From the IMG/VR virus record IMGVR_UViG_3300045967_000066, positions 1 through 32,234 of that record: DNA of 32,234 bases. One strand, given 5' to 3'. The notes under the pieces were generated by a model. It did not search any database. It worked only from the letters and a program-made list of their open reading frames with translations, and was not told where the DNA came from. A program made the position numbers and the translations under genes. The DNA comes from a virus. Its lineage: Duplodnaviria > Caudoviricetes. Positions 1-9,717 of this stretch are shown here, in pieces. Numbering within the stretch: position 1 is the first letter of the stretch; every line of letters begins with the position of its first letter.

Positions 1-43
1 GTAACGCCTGTCCCACGAATCATACACCCGGAGCCAACCGATA

Positions 44-265
44 ATGGTTTATGGTGATCGTATGCGTTGCAAGGTGATCGTAGCCAGACAGGTTGCGGAA
101 GCCATGAAGAGCTGCAACATGTCAAAAAGCGCCATGGCCGCTGAGCTCAAGACGAGCCGCTATCAAATTCACCGCATTCTCAATCCAACATCCGACATCA
201 CGCTATCGACTCTCGAACGAGCCGCACAATCGGTGGGCCGACGCGTCACGATTGTTCTGCAATAA
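44..265 (+). CDS. XRE-family HTH regulator (antitoxin-like), possibly N-terminally truncated; alternative start 62
   Basis: VIVARQVAEAMKSCNMSKSAMAAELKTSRYQIHRILNP..DITLSTLERAA..VGRRVTI is a typical XRE/HigA-like HTH. Confidence 0.7.
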   Translation: MVYGDRMRCKVIVARQVAEAMKSCNMSKSAMAAELKTSRYQIHRILNPTSDITLSTLERAAQSVGRRVTIVLQ

Positions 266-383
266 GAGCAGCCCAGGGGAAATAACAGTTTTAAATAGCG
301 TGCCCCCGGGGTCGTGTGGGTATTCTGTTGGACACCCGGTAGAAATCCGCGGCAGTCTTGCCGATGCTGACGACCGGCGACCT

Positions 384-427
384 TCCCGAAGCGGACGAAG
401 CGCCGGTCTGGTGGTTCGTCGAGAAAC
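384..427 (-). repeat. 44-bp perfect inverted repeat, copy 1 (partner 1508-1551)
   Basis: Reverse complement of 384-427 equals gtttctcgacgaaccaccagaccggcgcttcgtccgcttcggga at 1508-1551. Confidence 0.95.
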
Positions 428-484
428 CCTGCATCACCCCTCAGACAACTCCGAGATGGAGGAAAACACCCGGAGTACGTAAGC

Positions 485-961
485 TTATTGACTGACGCGG
501 GAACCGTGTGCCGCAATGTGATCAAGATCGCGGCGGGCCACGCGCCACCTCCCTCCAGGCCGGACGCCAACGTCCAGGGCCGGCAGTTTCCGGGCGGTGA
601 TTCGGGCCAAGAGGAACGACTCAGGCAGGCCGGTATAGTCGGCCGCCTCGGCTAAGGTGAGCCAGGGGCGCGGGTTCGGTGAAAGTACGGTTGCGCCTTC
701 ACCCTGCGGCAATGCTGCAATAGGCCGCACTGGCCGAACGATTTGCACAGATCCAGGGGTTGGAATTTCCCCCTTTGCCGTCTGGGCCAGTTTGGCAATG
801 TCGCCGGCATGAAACAGGGCGAGGGCCCGGCCGGCGTTTCGCTCGTCGCGGACAATTTGCTTCCTGATTCGGCCTGTGGAGGCCAATTCGAGCAGCCGGC
901 GCACGCTGCGACCGCTCCGATTGGCAGCGACTTCCTTGGTGATGTATTCTGAGCGTGACAT
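485..961 (-). CDS. Excisionase-like DNA-binding protein with two MerR/HTH_17-type modules
   Basis: YITKEVAANRSGRSVRRLLELASTGRI and WLTLAEAADYTGLPESFL...RWRVARRDLD; SD ggaga upstream. Confidence 0.75.
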   Translation of the reverse strand: MSRSEYITKEVAANRSGRSVRRLLELASTGRIRKQIVRDERNAGRALALFHAGDIAKLAQTAKGEIPTPGSVQIVRPVRPIAALPQGEGATVLSPNPRPWLTLAEAADYTGLPESFLLARITARKLPALDVGVRPGGRWRVARRDLDHIAAHGSRVSQ

Positions 962-1027
962 GGTCTGAGTTCTCCAGCCGGGCAGGCTCGAACCTGGGGA
1001 GGTGAGGGGCCTTCCCGCGCATGGAGG

Positions 1028-1053
1028 ATTTTAGCACTGTTAAAGAGTTAACA
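1028..1053 (-). promoter_or_regulatory. Extended -10 (TGcTAAAAT) for the xis-like gene plus palindromic operator TGTTAA-N4-TTAACA (1038-1053)
   Basis: atttta+gca at 1028-1036; tgttaaagagttaaca at 1038-1053 between divergent genes. Confidence 0.55.
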
Positions 1054-1362
1054 ATGCGCCGCACTGTGCCGCATTCCGCAGATACGCCGAAGTTCTGGAG
1101 ATATGAGACGGGCGGCGAGCTGACGCCGGCGGTCCAGCGCTATTTGAGGGACGAGAGCCTGACGATTCGCCAGGTGGGGCTCCTGAAGGCATACCTACAA
1201 CAGTGGGTCGAGTCGTCGGCATGGGACGAGAACCCGCACGCGGGCCCCGATGACAGGTTTGCGCTCTCACTCCTCCGGAACAACGAGCGCCAGGCGAACA
1301 CGCTGGCGCAACTCGACGGATGCATTCAGCTTGCGGTCGATCTCGGGATGGACCCACTATGA
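1054..1362 (+). CDS. Hypothetical phage protein (ends GMDPL); paralog at 32037->32234
   Basis: Coding-like ORF; similarity to the minus-strand ORF at the window end; start uncertain (1021/1054/1066). Confidence 0.8.
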   Translation: MRRTVPHSADTPKFWRYETGGELTPAVQRYLRDESLTIRQVGLLKAYLQQWVESSAWDENPHAGPDDRFALSLLRNNERQANTLAQLDGCIQLAVDLGMDPL

Positions 1363-1601
1363 CGGTAACGATACGCTGCTTCGTAGGGCATGAGCTGCTA
1401 TTCGAAGAGACCATCGACGCGGAGCCCGGCGGTCCGTTCACCGCATCGATCGCCGAGGAGCACGCGAAAATTCTGGCGGCGCATCCCCTGCACACCGTCG
1501 AGATGGAGTTTCTCGACGAACCACCAGACCGGCGCTTCGTCCGCTTCGGGACGGACCCGTCGATGATGATTCGACCCCAAAAACTAGACCTGCCGAACTG
1601 A
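1359..1601 (+). CDS. Hypothetical protein (MTVTIRC...), contains inverted repeat copy 2
   Basis: ATGA overlap with the upstream stop; GC3-rich codons. Confidence 0.7.
   Translation: MTVTIRCFVGHELLFEETIDAEPGGPFTASIAEEHAKILAAHPLHTVEMEFLDEPPDRRFVRFGTDPSMMIRPQKLDLPN
1508..1551 (+). repeat. 44-bp perfect inverted repeat, copy 2
   Basis: Identical to the reverse complement of 384-427. Confidence 0.95.
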
Positions 1602-1609
1602 CTACGGCA

Positions 1610-1798
1610 TCACCCGTCCTGACGGCACTCGAGGACGATCACGTCCTCGCCGGTGTCAGATTCCATGACCTCGGCCACGTAGGAGATCTCGAATTCGGAG
1701 TGCGCCGGCGCCTCTCCGTGCCAGGAGCATCTCACGCGGACCGGCAGCTCGCCTCTCTTCTCGGGCTCGAGCAATTCGAGCAACTCGTTGACTGTCAT
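1610..1798 (-). CDS. Small acidic phage protein (MTVNELLELLE...)
   Basis: MTVxELxxxL start typical of small phage genes; TATAAT 9 nt upstream of the ATG on the minus strand. Confidence 0.7.
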   Translation of the reverse strand: MTVNELLELLEPEKRGELPVRVRCSWHGEAPAHSEFEISYVAEVMESDTGEDVIVLECRQDG

Positions 1799-1923
1799 AG
1801 CGGATCGATTATAATCGGGAAACAGAATCCTCGCATTTCGTTCTGCCGTTCACATGGGAGCGGCTGCGTCGTCAGGATGCGACGTTAAAAAAGTAACTCC
1901 CAAACTTTCCTGCAGGTTTTCCC

Positions 1924-2205
1924 ATGCCTTCCCCCAGCAACTGCCTGCCGGTGTATTCACCGGACCATGAACTTCTGTATCACGCGCCGATCGGGAGCGT
2001 TCCGCGTCTGCTCGAATCGGGGCGCGTGCGGCCAGTGGGAACGAAGCATCGGGTGCGGGCATTGATCGCAGTGTGCGGAGATGCGACCGCATGGCTGCGG
2101 CTCTCGCGCCCGCCCACCGGCCGGCCAGAAAGTCACAACCGCGAGACCGAGGACAATCCGCGGGGCGTCTGGACCTTCCGCAAGGTGTCGCACTGTGCCG
2201 CGTAA
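1924..2205 (+). CDS. Hypothetical protein preceding terminase
   Basis: ORF overlapping the TerS start; first gene of the late operon. Confidence 0.6.
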   Translation: MPSPSNCLPVYSPDHELLYHAPIGSVPRLLESGRVRPVGTKHRVRALIAVCGDATAWLRLSRPPTGRPESHNRETEDNPRGVWTFRKVSHCAA

Positions 2206-2665
2206 ACGAACCCCCGCAACGTACCTCCAGCAACGCGCCTTCATTGCGGCGTTCAAGGTGACCCACAATACGTCGTCCGCGGCGGCCGCGGCGAAGGTCG
2301 ATACGAACCAGCACCGCATGTGGCTCCAGAGGGACGAGGTCTACAGGAAGGCCTGGGAAGATGAACTCGAGGCGATCGGCCAGACGCTCGAGGATGAGGC
2401 GCTCCGGCGGGCGCACGAGGGCGTCAAGAAGACGCTGTACTACAAGGGGAAGCCGATCCGAACAGGCCGCGGCAAATCCCGCATTGCCTATGAGACCGAG
2501 TACTCGGACCAGCTCCTGATCGCTCTCCTGAAGCGCTTCCGGCCCGCTCTATACCGCGAGCGCACCATGACCGAGGTCACGGGCTCCGTCGAGATTGTGG
2601 ATCGATTACAGGCCGCCAGGCGGCGGGTGATCGAGATGCAGAAGACTGAGCAGGCCGCAGGGTAA
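2195..2665 (+). CDS. Terminase small subunit (probable GTG start 2195)
   Basis: QRAFIAAF...AAAAAKV HTH, LEDEALRRAHEG, EYSDQLLIALLK motifs; position upstream of TerL. Confidence 0.8.
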   Translation: MPRKRTPATYLQQRAFIAAFKVTHNTSSAAAAAKVDTNQHRMWLQRDEVYRKAWEDELEAIGQTLEDEALRRAHEGVKKTLYYKGKPIRTGRGKSRIAYETEYSDQLLIALLKRFRPALYRERTMTEVTGSVEIVDRLQAARRRVIEMQKTEQAAG

Positions 2666-2670
2666 AAGCG

Positions 2671-3012
2671 ATGAAGTATTACCGGGATCCCAACCAGGGG
2701 CTCTTGTTCGTTGGGGAGAACCTGCGGGACGCGGGTATCGTTTCCGTCGCACGGAGCAACGTCGACTTCATCCTCGAGGTTTGCGCGGTGATCCGCCGGC
2801 TAAAGCCCGGAGCGTGGACGATTAATGAAGTGCGATCGATGGTGACGATCACACCGACCCACCCCAACGCATGGGGCGCGGCGATCCGTATCGCACGCCA
2901 ACTCGGCTTGTGTCACACGGTGGCGCGGGAAAACTCCAGGCGTCCGCCGGCGCACGCCCGCTCGATTCCTGTCTGCGTGAGCGATGACGACGATATTAGC
3001 GCAGCCGGCTGA
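2671..3012 (+). CDS. Hypothetical phage protein (HPNAWGA motif) between TerS and TerL
   Basis: ORF fills the gap and overlaps the TerL start. Confidence 0.65.
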   Translation: MKYYRDPNQGLLFVGENLRDAGIVSVARSNVDFILEVCAVIRRLKPGAWTINEVRSMVTITPTHPNAWGAAIRIARQLGLCHTVARENSRRPPAHARSIPVCVSDDDDISAAG

Positions 3013-4486
3013 TCTCGAGCTGGCGGATGACATCATGGCGTACTACGCGGACCCGCTGGGCTTCGTCCGCTACGCCTATCCGTGGGGCGAGCCGAACAGC
3101 GAGTTGGCGAATGAGCCCGGTCCGGACGCCAACCAGATCGAGTTCCTGCGGGACTTGGGCGTCGAGGTGGCACGCCGGCGCTTCGACGGCAGCAATCCGG
3201 TCATGCCGATTCTGATGGCGGCCTCGAGCGGCCACGGCACAGGCAAGTCGGTCATGGGAGCGTGGATTACCGATTGGATACTGTCGACCAGGCCGTACTC
3301 GATCGGGACCGTCACAGCAAACACCTATCCGCAGCTCGAGAGCCGCACCTGGGCGCAAATCCAGAAGTGGACGCGCCTGTGCATCACCGGGCACTGGTTC
3401 CACATTCGGGCGCAGGGCATTTACCACAAAGAGTTTCCCGAGGCGTGGAAAGTGGTGGCCCAGACTTGCAAGGAGGAGGCCGCGCAGAGCTTCGCCGGCC
3501 AGCACGCGAGAACCTCGACCTCCTGGTACATGTTCGACGAGGCGAGCCATATCCCCGATGGGATCTGGGATGTCGCGCAGGGCGGTCTGACAGACGGCGA
3601 GCCGATGTTCTTCTGCTGGGGGCAACCGGCGCGAAAGTCGGGCCGCTTCTACGAGATTTGCTTCGGCCGGTTCCGCGACCGCTGGAACGTGCGGTGCATC
3701 GACAGCCGCAACAGCCGCTTCACCAACAAAGAGCTGATCGACGAATGGATCAAGGACTACGGCGAGGACCACGATTACATCCGCGTCCGTGTGATGGGAA
3801 TCGCGCCGCGGGCCGGCGACCTTCAGTTCATTGACCAGGATCGGGTGGATGCGGCAAAGCGCCGCACAGGGCCGCAGGTATTTCCGGACGATCCGCTCGT
3901 GGCTGGCTTCGACGTATCAGGCGGGGGCCAGGCCTGGAATGTGGTCTGGTTCCGCCGCGGAGCGGATGCCAGGAGCATACCCCCGATCTGCATCCCAGGG
4001 GAACATGCAAAAGAGCGTTCGGGCATCCTGGCGAAGCTCTCCGAGGTCCTGGGGGACAAGCGAGCCGGCCGGCGCGTCTCCATGATGTTCGTGGATTCCG
4101 CCTACGGCGCTCCATACGTCGAGCGCCTGCGGGCGATGGGCCACGACAACGTGGTCGAGGTGAATTTCGGAGGCGCGAGCCCGGACAGGCACCAGGCCAA
4201 CATGCGGGCCTACATGTGGCACCGGATGAAGGAGTGGCTGGACCGCGGCGCGATCCCGGCCGATGACGTGGTGCTCGAGACCGATCTCACGGCGCCGGGA
4301 TCACACCTCAACCGGCGGGACCAGCTCGTCCTGGAATCGAAAGAGGACATGCAGAAGCGCGGCGTAGCGAGCCCCGACCGGGCCGATGCTCTAGCGCTGA
4401 CCTTTGCCGCGCATGTGCCGCCCATTGCCGCAGAGGATCCGGAGGAGAGGTGGAGCCGCAGCGGCGCGGGCTCCTGGATGGCCTGA
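2984..4486 (+). CDS. Terminase large subunit
   Basis: Walker A SGHGTGKS, Walker B MFDEAS, RNase H GFDVSGGG and SPDRADALALTFA. Confidence 0.95.
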   Translation: MTTILAQPADLELADDIMAYYADPLGFVRYAYPWGEPNSELANEPGPDANQIEFLRDLGVEVARRRFDGSNPVMPILMAASSGHGTGKSVMGAWITDWILSTRPYSIGTVTANTYPQLESRTWAQIQKWTRLCITGHWFHIRAQGIYHKEFPEAWKVVAQTCKEEAAQSFAGQHARTSTSWYMFDEASHIPDGIWDVAQGGLTDGEPMFFCWGQPARKSGRFYEICFGRFRDRWNVRCIDSRNSRFTNKELIDEWIKDYGEDHDYIRVRVMGIAPRAGDLQFIDQDRVDAAKRRTGPQVFPDDPLVAGFDVSGGGQAWNVVWFRRGADARSIPPICIPGEHAKERSGILAKLSEVLGDKRAGRRVSMMFVDSAYGAPYVERLRAMGHDNVVEVNFGGASPDRHQANMRAYMWHRMKEWLDRGAIPADDVVLETDLTAPGSHLNRRDQLVLESKEDMQKRGVASPDRADALALTFAAHVPPIAAEDPEERWSRSGAGSWMA

Positions 4487-4618
4487 TTATCCGTGGCGCG
4501 AATGTGCCGGGCGTGCCGGTGCTGCGAAGTGACGCCGGAAGGCGAATGCGCGGGCGCCTGCGCCGGCAATCGGGATCATATCAGCGGATCACGTTACGTC
4601 GAGCGAGGGGGTGAGGCA

Positions 4619-4801
4619 ATGCCTCTGAACAAAGGGAAAAGCAAAGCCGCGGTAAGCGAGAACATCTCGAAGCTCCGGGGCGAAGGCTACAAACCGAAGC
4701 AAGCCGTCGCGATTGCGCTCGACACAGCCCGGAAGGCCGGCGCGAAGGTCCCCAAGAAAAATCCGAAGCGCTCGCTGGGCGACATGATGGAGGGCAACTG
4801 A
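4619..4801 (+). CDS. Small basic phage protein (MPLNKGKS...QAVAIAL)
   Basis: Recognisable small family often found near portal genes; SD ggtgagg upstream. Confidence 0.75.
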   Translation: MPLNKGKSKAAVSENISKLRGEGYKPKQAVAIALDTARKAGAKVPKKNPKRSLGDMMEGN

Positions 4802-4802
4802 G

Positions 4803-5087
4803 ATGTACCAGCCTCTCGAGACGGACGTATCCGGCCGCAACTACCAGGAAGAGATGCGCGACATGCTGCGGGTCATGATCCCGGTGTACGAGACCATCTA
4901 CGGCGGCGCAGATCCGGTCAATAAAGGCCCGTCTCTCATAAAAGAGATGAACGACATGCTCGAATTCGCGGGCGCGACGGTCACCGGCGTCGACAACCGG
5001 CCGCAGGCGATTGTCGACTACCTCATGCACCATTACGCCGGCACACCGAAGCCCGAATGGTACGAGACCCTGACAGGTGGCGCGTAA
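4803..5087 (+). CDS. Hypothetical protein
   Basis: GC3-rich ORF tightly packed between neighbours. Confidence 0.7.
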   Translation: MYQPLETDVSGRNYQEEMRDMLRVMIPVYETIYGGADPVNKGPSLIKEMNDMLEFAGATVTGVDNRPQAIVDYLMHHYAGTPKPEWYETLTGGA

Positions 5088-7242
5088 GAAGACGTCCGAC
5101 GAAGACATTGTCGCAACGTGCCGCAAGCGGTTGACGCTGGCACAGACGGCGGAGCAGAAGATTCGCGCCGAGGCCCTGATAGACCTGCAATTCGCCGCGG
5201 GCGATCAGTGGGACTCGGACGATGCGCGACGTCGCAACGCGACCGGAGCCGGGGGGAAGCGGCCCTGCCTCACGTTCAACAAGCTCACGGGCCCATTGTG
5301 CATGGTGGCGAACGAGGCCCGGATGAACAAGCCGGGCCTGCAAGCCCTGCCGGTGGACTCGACGGGCGACAAGGAAACGGCCCAGGTGATCGAGGGCATG
5401 ATCCGCCACATCGAGCAGGCGTCGAAGGCCGAGCAGGTCTACGAGACGGCGCTCGAGCAGTCGACAAAGGGCGCGATCGGCGCGTTCAAGGTCACCACGC
5501 GGTACTGCGGCAACAAGACGTTCGACCAGGAATTGCGGATCGAGCGCATCGTCAACCCGTTCAGCGTCTACTGCGATCCGTTCGCGACGGCCGCGGACAA
5601 GTCCGACATGACGTGGGCCGTCGAGCTGGAGTGGTTATCTCGCGAAGAGTACGAGGCGGAATTCGGCGACGAGACTGAACTCACGAAGGCCAACTATTAC
5701 GACGGTGGAGTAAACCCCGCGCCGGACTGGATCGGCAAAGAGGGGATCCAGATCGCCCGGTACTGGTACGTGGAGATCGAGACGCGCAAGCTGGTGGCGA
5801 TCCAGTGGCCCGACGGCAAGGTCACCAACGAGTACTCGGGCGACCTGCCGGATGAATTGCCGCCGGGCGTCCAGTACGTGACGGACGAGAACGGCGACCG
5901 ATTAGAGCGCGACGACGAGATCCGGCACGTCCGCATGTGCCGTCTGAACGGGGTCGAGGTCCTCGACAAAACGGAGTGGAAGGGGCAGTGGATTCCGATT
6001 CTGATCGTGCTCGGCGAGGAGATGTACATCGAGAACGAGCGGCACGTCTTCAGCCTGATCCGATTCGCGAGAGACCCTCAGAAGCTCTATAACTTCTACC
6101 GCAGCTCCGAGGCCGAGACGGTCATGCTCGGCACGAAGGCCCCGTGGGTGGGGGTAAAGGGCGTCTTCAAGGATCCGAGGTGGGCGACGGCAAACACAGT
6201 GCCGTGGGCCTACCTCGAGTACGAGCCTCTCGACATTGCCGGCAATCCTGCGCCCCCCCCGCAGCGCAACCTGGCCGAGCCTCCGATTCAGGCGCTCTCA
6301 ATTGGCGCGGCGCAGGCCTCGGACGACATCAAGGCGACCACGAATATTTACGACGCGAGCCTCGGCGCAATGTCGAACGAGACCTCGGGCGTGGCGATCC
6401 GCCAGCGTCAGAGCCAAGGTGGATTCACCAACTTCCACTTCGTCGACAATTTGAACCGGGCAATCCTCCACTGCGGGACGATCCTCTGCGACCTGATCCC
6501 GAAGATCTACGACACGGCGCGGGAGGTCCGGATCCTCGGCGAGGACATGGAGGAGCAGATTGTCCGGGTCAACGAGACCTTCACCAACGAGTGGAATCAA
6601 TCTCAGATTTACGACCTCTCAAGCGGCAAATACGATGTCCGTCTCAAGATCGGGCCGGCGTTCAAGACGCAGCAGGAGCAGGCAGCAGAGACGATCACGC
6701 AGCTCGCGCAGGCGTACCCGCCGCTGATGCAGGTGGCCGGCGACCTGGTGTTCAAGAACCTGAACTTCAAGGGCTCGGACGAAATCGCGGAGCGCCTGCG
6801 CCGGTCTCTGCCTCCTCACTTGCAGGACCAGGACGCGAAGCCTCAGGAGATGCTCGTCGCCCAGAACCAGCAGATGGCGCAACAGCTCGAGCAGATGCAG
6901 ATGGCGTTGCAGCAGGCGACCGAAGAGATCCGGATCAAACGGGCCGAGATGGAATCGAAGGAGCGGATGGAGCAGGCCAAGATCGAGAGTTCCGATCGCC
7001 AGGCGGCCCTGAAGGCGCAGGTCGAGCTGGTGACGGCCGAGGCCAAGCTAACGTCCACGGAAAACATTGCAGGACTTCGTGAAGAACTCGCCATGCTGAA
7101 GCTCCAGATAGCGCAGATGGCGAGTGGAGCGGCCGCGGAGGAGTCTGTCGGGCCACCTCCCACCGTTCCCGGGGCGCCGCCGGCCGGCGGCCCAGCCGAG
7201 CAGCCGCCGGCGGTGCCCCCAATGGAACCACAAGCTCTATGA
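5077..7242 (+). CDS. P22-like portal protein
   Basis: 721 aa; FAAGDQW, RPCLTFNKL, NETSGVAIRQRQ, YDV motifs and Q-rich coiled-coil barrel. Confidence 0.93.
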   Translation: MARKKTSDEDIVATCRKRLTLAQTAEQKIRAEALIDLQFAAGDQWDSDDARRRNATGAGGKRPCLTFNKLTGPLCMVANEARMNKPGLQALPVDSTGDKETAQVIEGMIRHIEQASKAEQVYETALEQSTKGAIGAFKVTTRYCGNKTFDQELRIERIVNPFSVYCDPFATAADKSDMTWAVELEWLSREEYEAEFGDETELTKANYYDGGVNPAPDWIGKEGIQIARYWYVEIETRKLVAIQWPDGKVTNEYSGDLPDELPPGVQYVTDENGDRLERDDEIRHVRMCRLNGVEVLDKTEWKGQWIPILIVLGEEMYIENERHVFSLIRFARDPQKLYNFYRSSEAETVMLGTKAPWVGVKGVFKDPRWATANTVPWAYLEYEPLDIAGNPAPPPQRNLAEPPIQALSIGAAQASDDIKATTNIYDASLGAMSNETSGVAIRQRQSQGGFTNFHFVDNLNRAILHCGTILCDLIPKIYDTAREVRILGEDMEEQIVRVNETFTNEWNQSQIYDLSSGKYDVRLKIGPAFKTQQEQAAETITQLAQAYPPLMQVAGDLVFKNLNFKGSDEIAERLRRSLPPHLQDQDAKPQEMLVAQNQQMAQQLEQMQMALQQATEEIRIKRAEMESKERMEQAKIESSDRQAALKAQVELVTAEAKLTSTENIAGLREELAMLKLQIAQMASGAAAEESVGPPPTVPGAPPAGGPAEQPPAVPPMEPQAL

Positions 7243-8159
7243 CCACAGAAGAGACCGCTCCACAGGGCAGTGAGTCGACGGAACAAGCTCCACCGAGCGA
7301 AGCCACGGACTTCCGTGAGTATGTGAAGTGGCGCAAGTCTGGTGACCCTCCTGCGGAAGCGGCAGCAGAAAAGCCTGAGCCGCCGGCGAGTGACACGCCA
7401 CCGGCGACTGAACCCGCACCGGACACAGGCACGGACCAACCACCGCAGGAACCGGAAGAAGAGGAAGAGCACGAGCAGCCGGGCAAGGGCGGATCGCGGC
7501 AGCGGAAGATTACGAAGCTGATTCGCGAGAACGAGCAGCTCCGTGAGAGACTCGCCGCCGCGAGCCAGCCGAGGCCGGCCGAACCGCCCAAGCAAGAGCA
7601 GACCGGGAAGCCGAAGCTCGAGAATTTCGAGACGCTCGAGGCATACCAGGAAGCTCTCTCCGATTGGATCTTCGACCAGCGAGACGCCAAACGGAAAGCG
7701 GAAGCGGACCAGGCCGAGCAGCAGAAGGCAATAGAAAAACTCCAGACCGAGTGGGACTCGAGACAGCAGGCAGCCCGCAAACTGCACCAGGACTACGACG
7801 ACGCGATCGAAGCGATCCCGGCGCCGGAAGGGCCGGGAGTGTTCGCGGCGCGGCAGGCAATGCTCGAGGACGAGGCCGGCGCAGAGATTCTCTATTGGCT
7901 CGCCAAGCACCCCGATGAGATTAAGCGCATTGCGGCAATGCAGCCCGTTGCGGCAGTGCGTGCAATCGGGCGTTTATCGGCCACTCTTTCGCGTTCATCC
8001 GAACCTGCCAACGGCAGACGCATTACAGCCGCGCCCAAGCCTCCGCCCGGCTCTACCCGGCCGGCGAGAGGAGTCTCAGACTCGCTCGATGACCCGGCAG
8101 TGCAGGCGGATTACCGCCGCTGGGTGAAGGTGAGATCGGCGCAGAAAACGGATCGGTAA
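7239..8159 (+). CDS. Scaffolding protein
   Basis: Between portal and coat; acidic/Pro-rich N-terminus, QRKITKL, GAEILYWLAKHPDE, ITAAPKPP. Confidence 0.85.
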   Translation: MTTEETAPQGSESTEQAPPSEATDFREYVKWRKSGDPPAEAAAEKPEPPASDTPPATEPAPDTGTDQPPQEPEEEEEHEQPGKGGSRQRKITKLIRENEQLRERLAAASQPRPAEPPKQEQTGKPKLENFETLEAYQEALSDWIFDQRDAKRKAEADQAEQQKAIEKLQTEWDSRQQAARKLHQDYDDAIEAIPAPEGPGVFAARQAMLEDEAGAEILYWLAKHPDEIKRIAAMQPVAAVRAIGRLSATLSRSSEPANGRRITAAPKPPPGSTRPARGVSDSLDDPAVQADYRRWVKVRSAQKTDR

Positions 8160-8162
8160 GCA

Positions 8163-9374
8163 GTGCCAAATACGCTTCTGACGCACCAGGCCATCACCAA
8201 CGAACTCCTGATGCGCTTCAAAAATAATCTAGGCTTTTCGGGCGCGATCGCGCACACCTGGGACGACAAATTCGCCGTCTCGGGCGCGAAGATCGGCGAC
8301 ACGCTGAGACTTCGCGATCCCGTGCGGTTCGTCGCCGTAAAGAGCCGGGTGGCAAGCCCGGTGGATGTCATCGAAACCGCGAAGACGCTCACCCTGAACA
8401 CGCAGGCAAACGTCTCGTTTCAGTTCAGCTCCGCGGAGCTGACGCTCTCGATCGACGCCTTCCGCGATAGATACCTCGACTCGGCCGCCGTCGCGCTCGC
8501 CAATCAGGTGGACGTCGACGGCCTGACGATGGCCTATCAGTCGACGGCCAACGCGATCGGCACCCCGGGCACGCCTCTGACAATGCTCGACGCCGCATGG
8601 ACGGCCGGCCAAGTCCTCGATGAGAACTCTGCTCCGATGGACGGCAAGCGGACCTTAGTGCTCTCGCCCAAAGTGCAGACGATTGCTCTCAAGGCCGCGC
8701 AGGGCCTGTTCCAAAGCTCCACCCAGGTGAAGCAGCAGTACGAGCGCGGCCGCATGGGGGTCATGGGTGGGTTCGAGTGGGTCATGGACCAAAATTGCCA
8801 GGTCCACACCACGGGTCCGCTGGGCGGCGCTCCAGCAGTTGGGGCGGCCGGCCAGACGGGATCAACGCTTGCGGTAACCGGGTTCACTGCGGCGGCCGCG
8901 GCGAGGCTCAAGAAGGGCGACACATTCACGCTCGCTAGCGTGTATGCGGTCAATCCGGTCTCGGGCGCAGTCTCTTCTGACCTTCAGAGGTTCGTTGTCA
9001 CTGCGGATGTAAGTTCAGACGGCGCCGGCGCGGCCTCGATCCCGATCTATCCGCCGATCACAACTACAGGCGCGAATAAGACCGTCTCCGCTTCGCCGGC
9101 GGGCGGGACTCCGCTGACCATCCTGGGCACGGCGAACCAGCTCGCGGCGCAGTCGATCGCGTTCCACCAGCACGCCTTCGTGATTGGCATGGCGCCGCTC
9201 GAGGTCCCGAAGGGAGCGCATTACGCCGCATCCCAGCAGGACCCGGATACGGGTGTCGCAATCCGCTGTGTCAGCGACTACGACGTGATCAACGATTTAT
9301 TCATCACGAGATGCGATGTCCTCTACGGGCACGCAGCGCAGAGGCCCGAATGGGCAGTAAGGCTGGTGAGCTAG
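8163..9374 (+). CDS. P22 gp5-like major capsid protein
   Basis: NTLLT start, GAKIGDTLRLR, LKKGDTFTLA, RCDVLYG..QRPEWAVR end. Confidence 0.93.
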   Translation: MPNTLLTHQAITNELLMRFKNNLGFSGAIAHTWDDKFAVSGAKIGDTLRLRDPVRFVAVKSRVASPVDVIETAKTLTLNTQANVSFQFSSAELTLSIDAFRDRYLDSAAVALANQVDVDGLTMAYQSTANAIGTPGTPLTMLDAAWTAGQVLDENSAPMDGKRTLVLSPKVQTIALKAAQGLFQSSTQVKQQYERGRMGVMGGFEWVMDQNCQVHTTGPLGGAPAVGAAGQTGSTLAVTGFTAAAAARLKKGDTFTLASVYAVNPVSGAVSSDLQRFVVTADVSSDGAGAASIPIYPPITTTGANKTVSASPAGGTPLTILGTANQLAAQSIAFHQHAFVIGMAPLEVPKGAHYAASQQDPDTGVAIRCVSDYDVINDLFITRCDVLYGHAAQRPEWAVRLVS

Positions 9375-9375
9375 C

Positions 9376-9717
9376 ATGGACGCCAAAAAGAACAACGAGA
9401 AGGACGACGCCGCGGTAGCAGTCGCGCCTCCCCCTCCCCCACCGGAGCCGTACCCGGCGCCCGGATACCCGAAGGTCCTCTACAGCAAGACCGATCGCGT
9501 GCCGCCAAAGATCGTGAACAACGATGCTGAGTTGGCGGCGCTCGATCCCCACCAGTGGACGCAGATTCCGCCGGTCGAACCCAAGGAGAAGCCCACATGG
9601 CCGAAGCTATACGCCAACGTCAACAACCTGCCAATGTGGGTGGCTGACGAGGCCGCGGCCGCGCAGCTCGGCTCTGCGTGGGTGGAATTCAAGCTGCCGA
9701 AACCGGCGACCAAATGA
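9376..9717 (+). CDS. Small post-capsid protein with two YP/WP-K-LY...W repeats
   Basis: YPKVLY...AALDPHQW and WPKLY...AQLGSAW. Confidence 0.7.
   Translation: MDAKKNNEKDDAAVAVAPPPPPPEPYPAPGYPKVLYSKTDRVPPKIVNNDAELAALDPHQWTQIPPVEPKEKPTWPKLYANVNNLPMWVADEAAAAQLGSAWVEFKLPKPATK

Noticed and set aside
24-475. Three copies of acacccgg (24, 332, 466)
   Set aside because: They are only 8-10 bp and irregularly spaced; too weak without comparative data.
340-480. CRISPR mini-array with the 44-bp segment as a self-targeting spacer
   Set aside because: No direct repeats flank the segment and there are no cas genes.
965-1020. tRNA-like element (caggttcgagcctg on the minus strand)
   Set aside because: The T-loop is one base short, and no acceptor, D or anticodon arms can be built.
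384-1551. DGR template/variable repeat pair
   Set aside because: The copies are identical with no adenine-specific differences, and there is no reverse transcriptase in the window.
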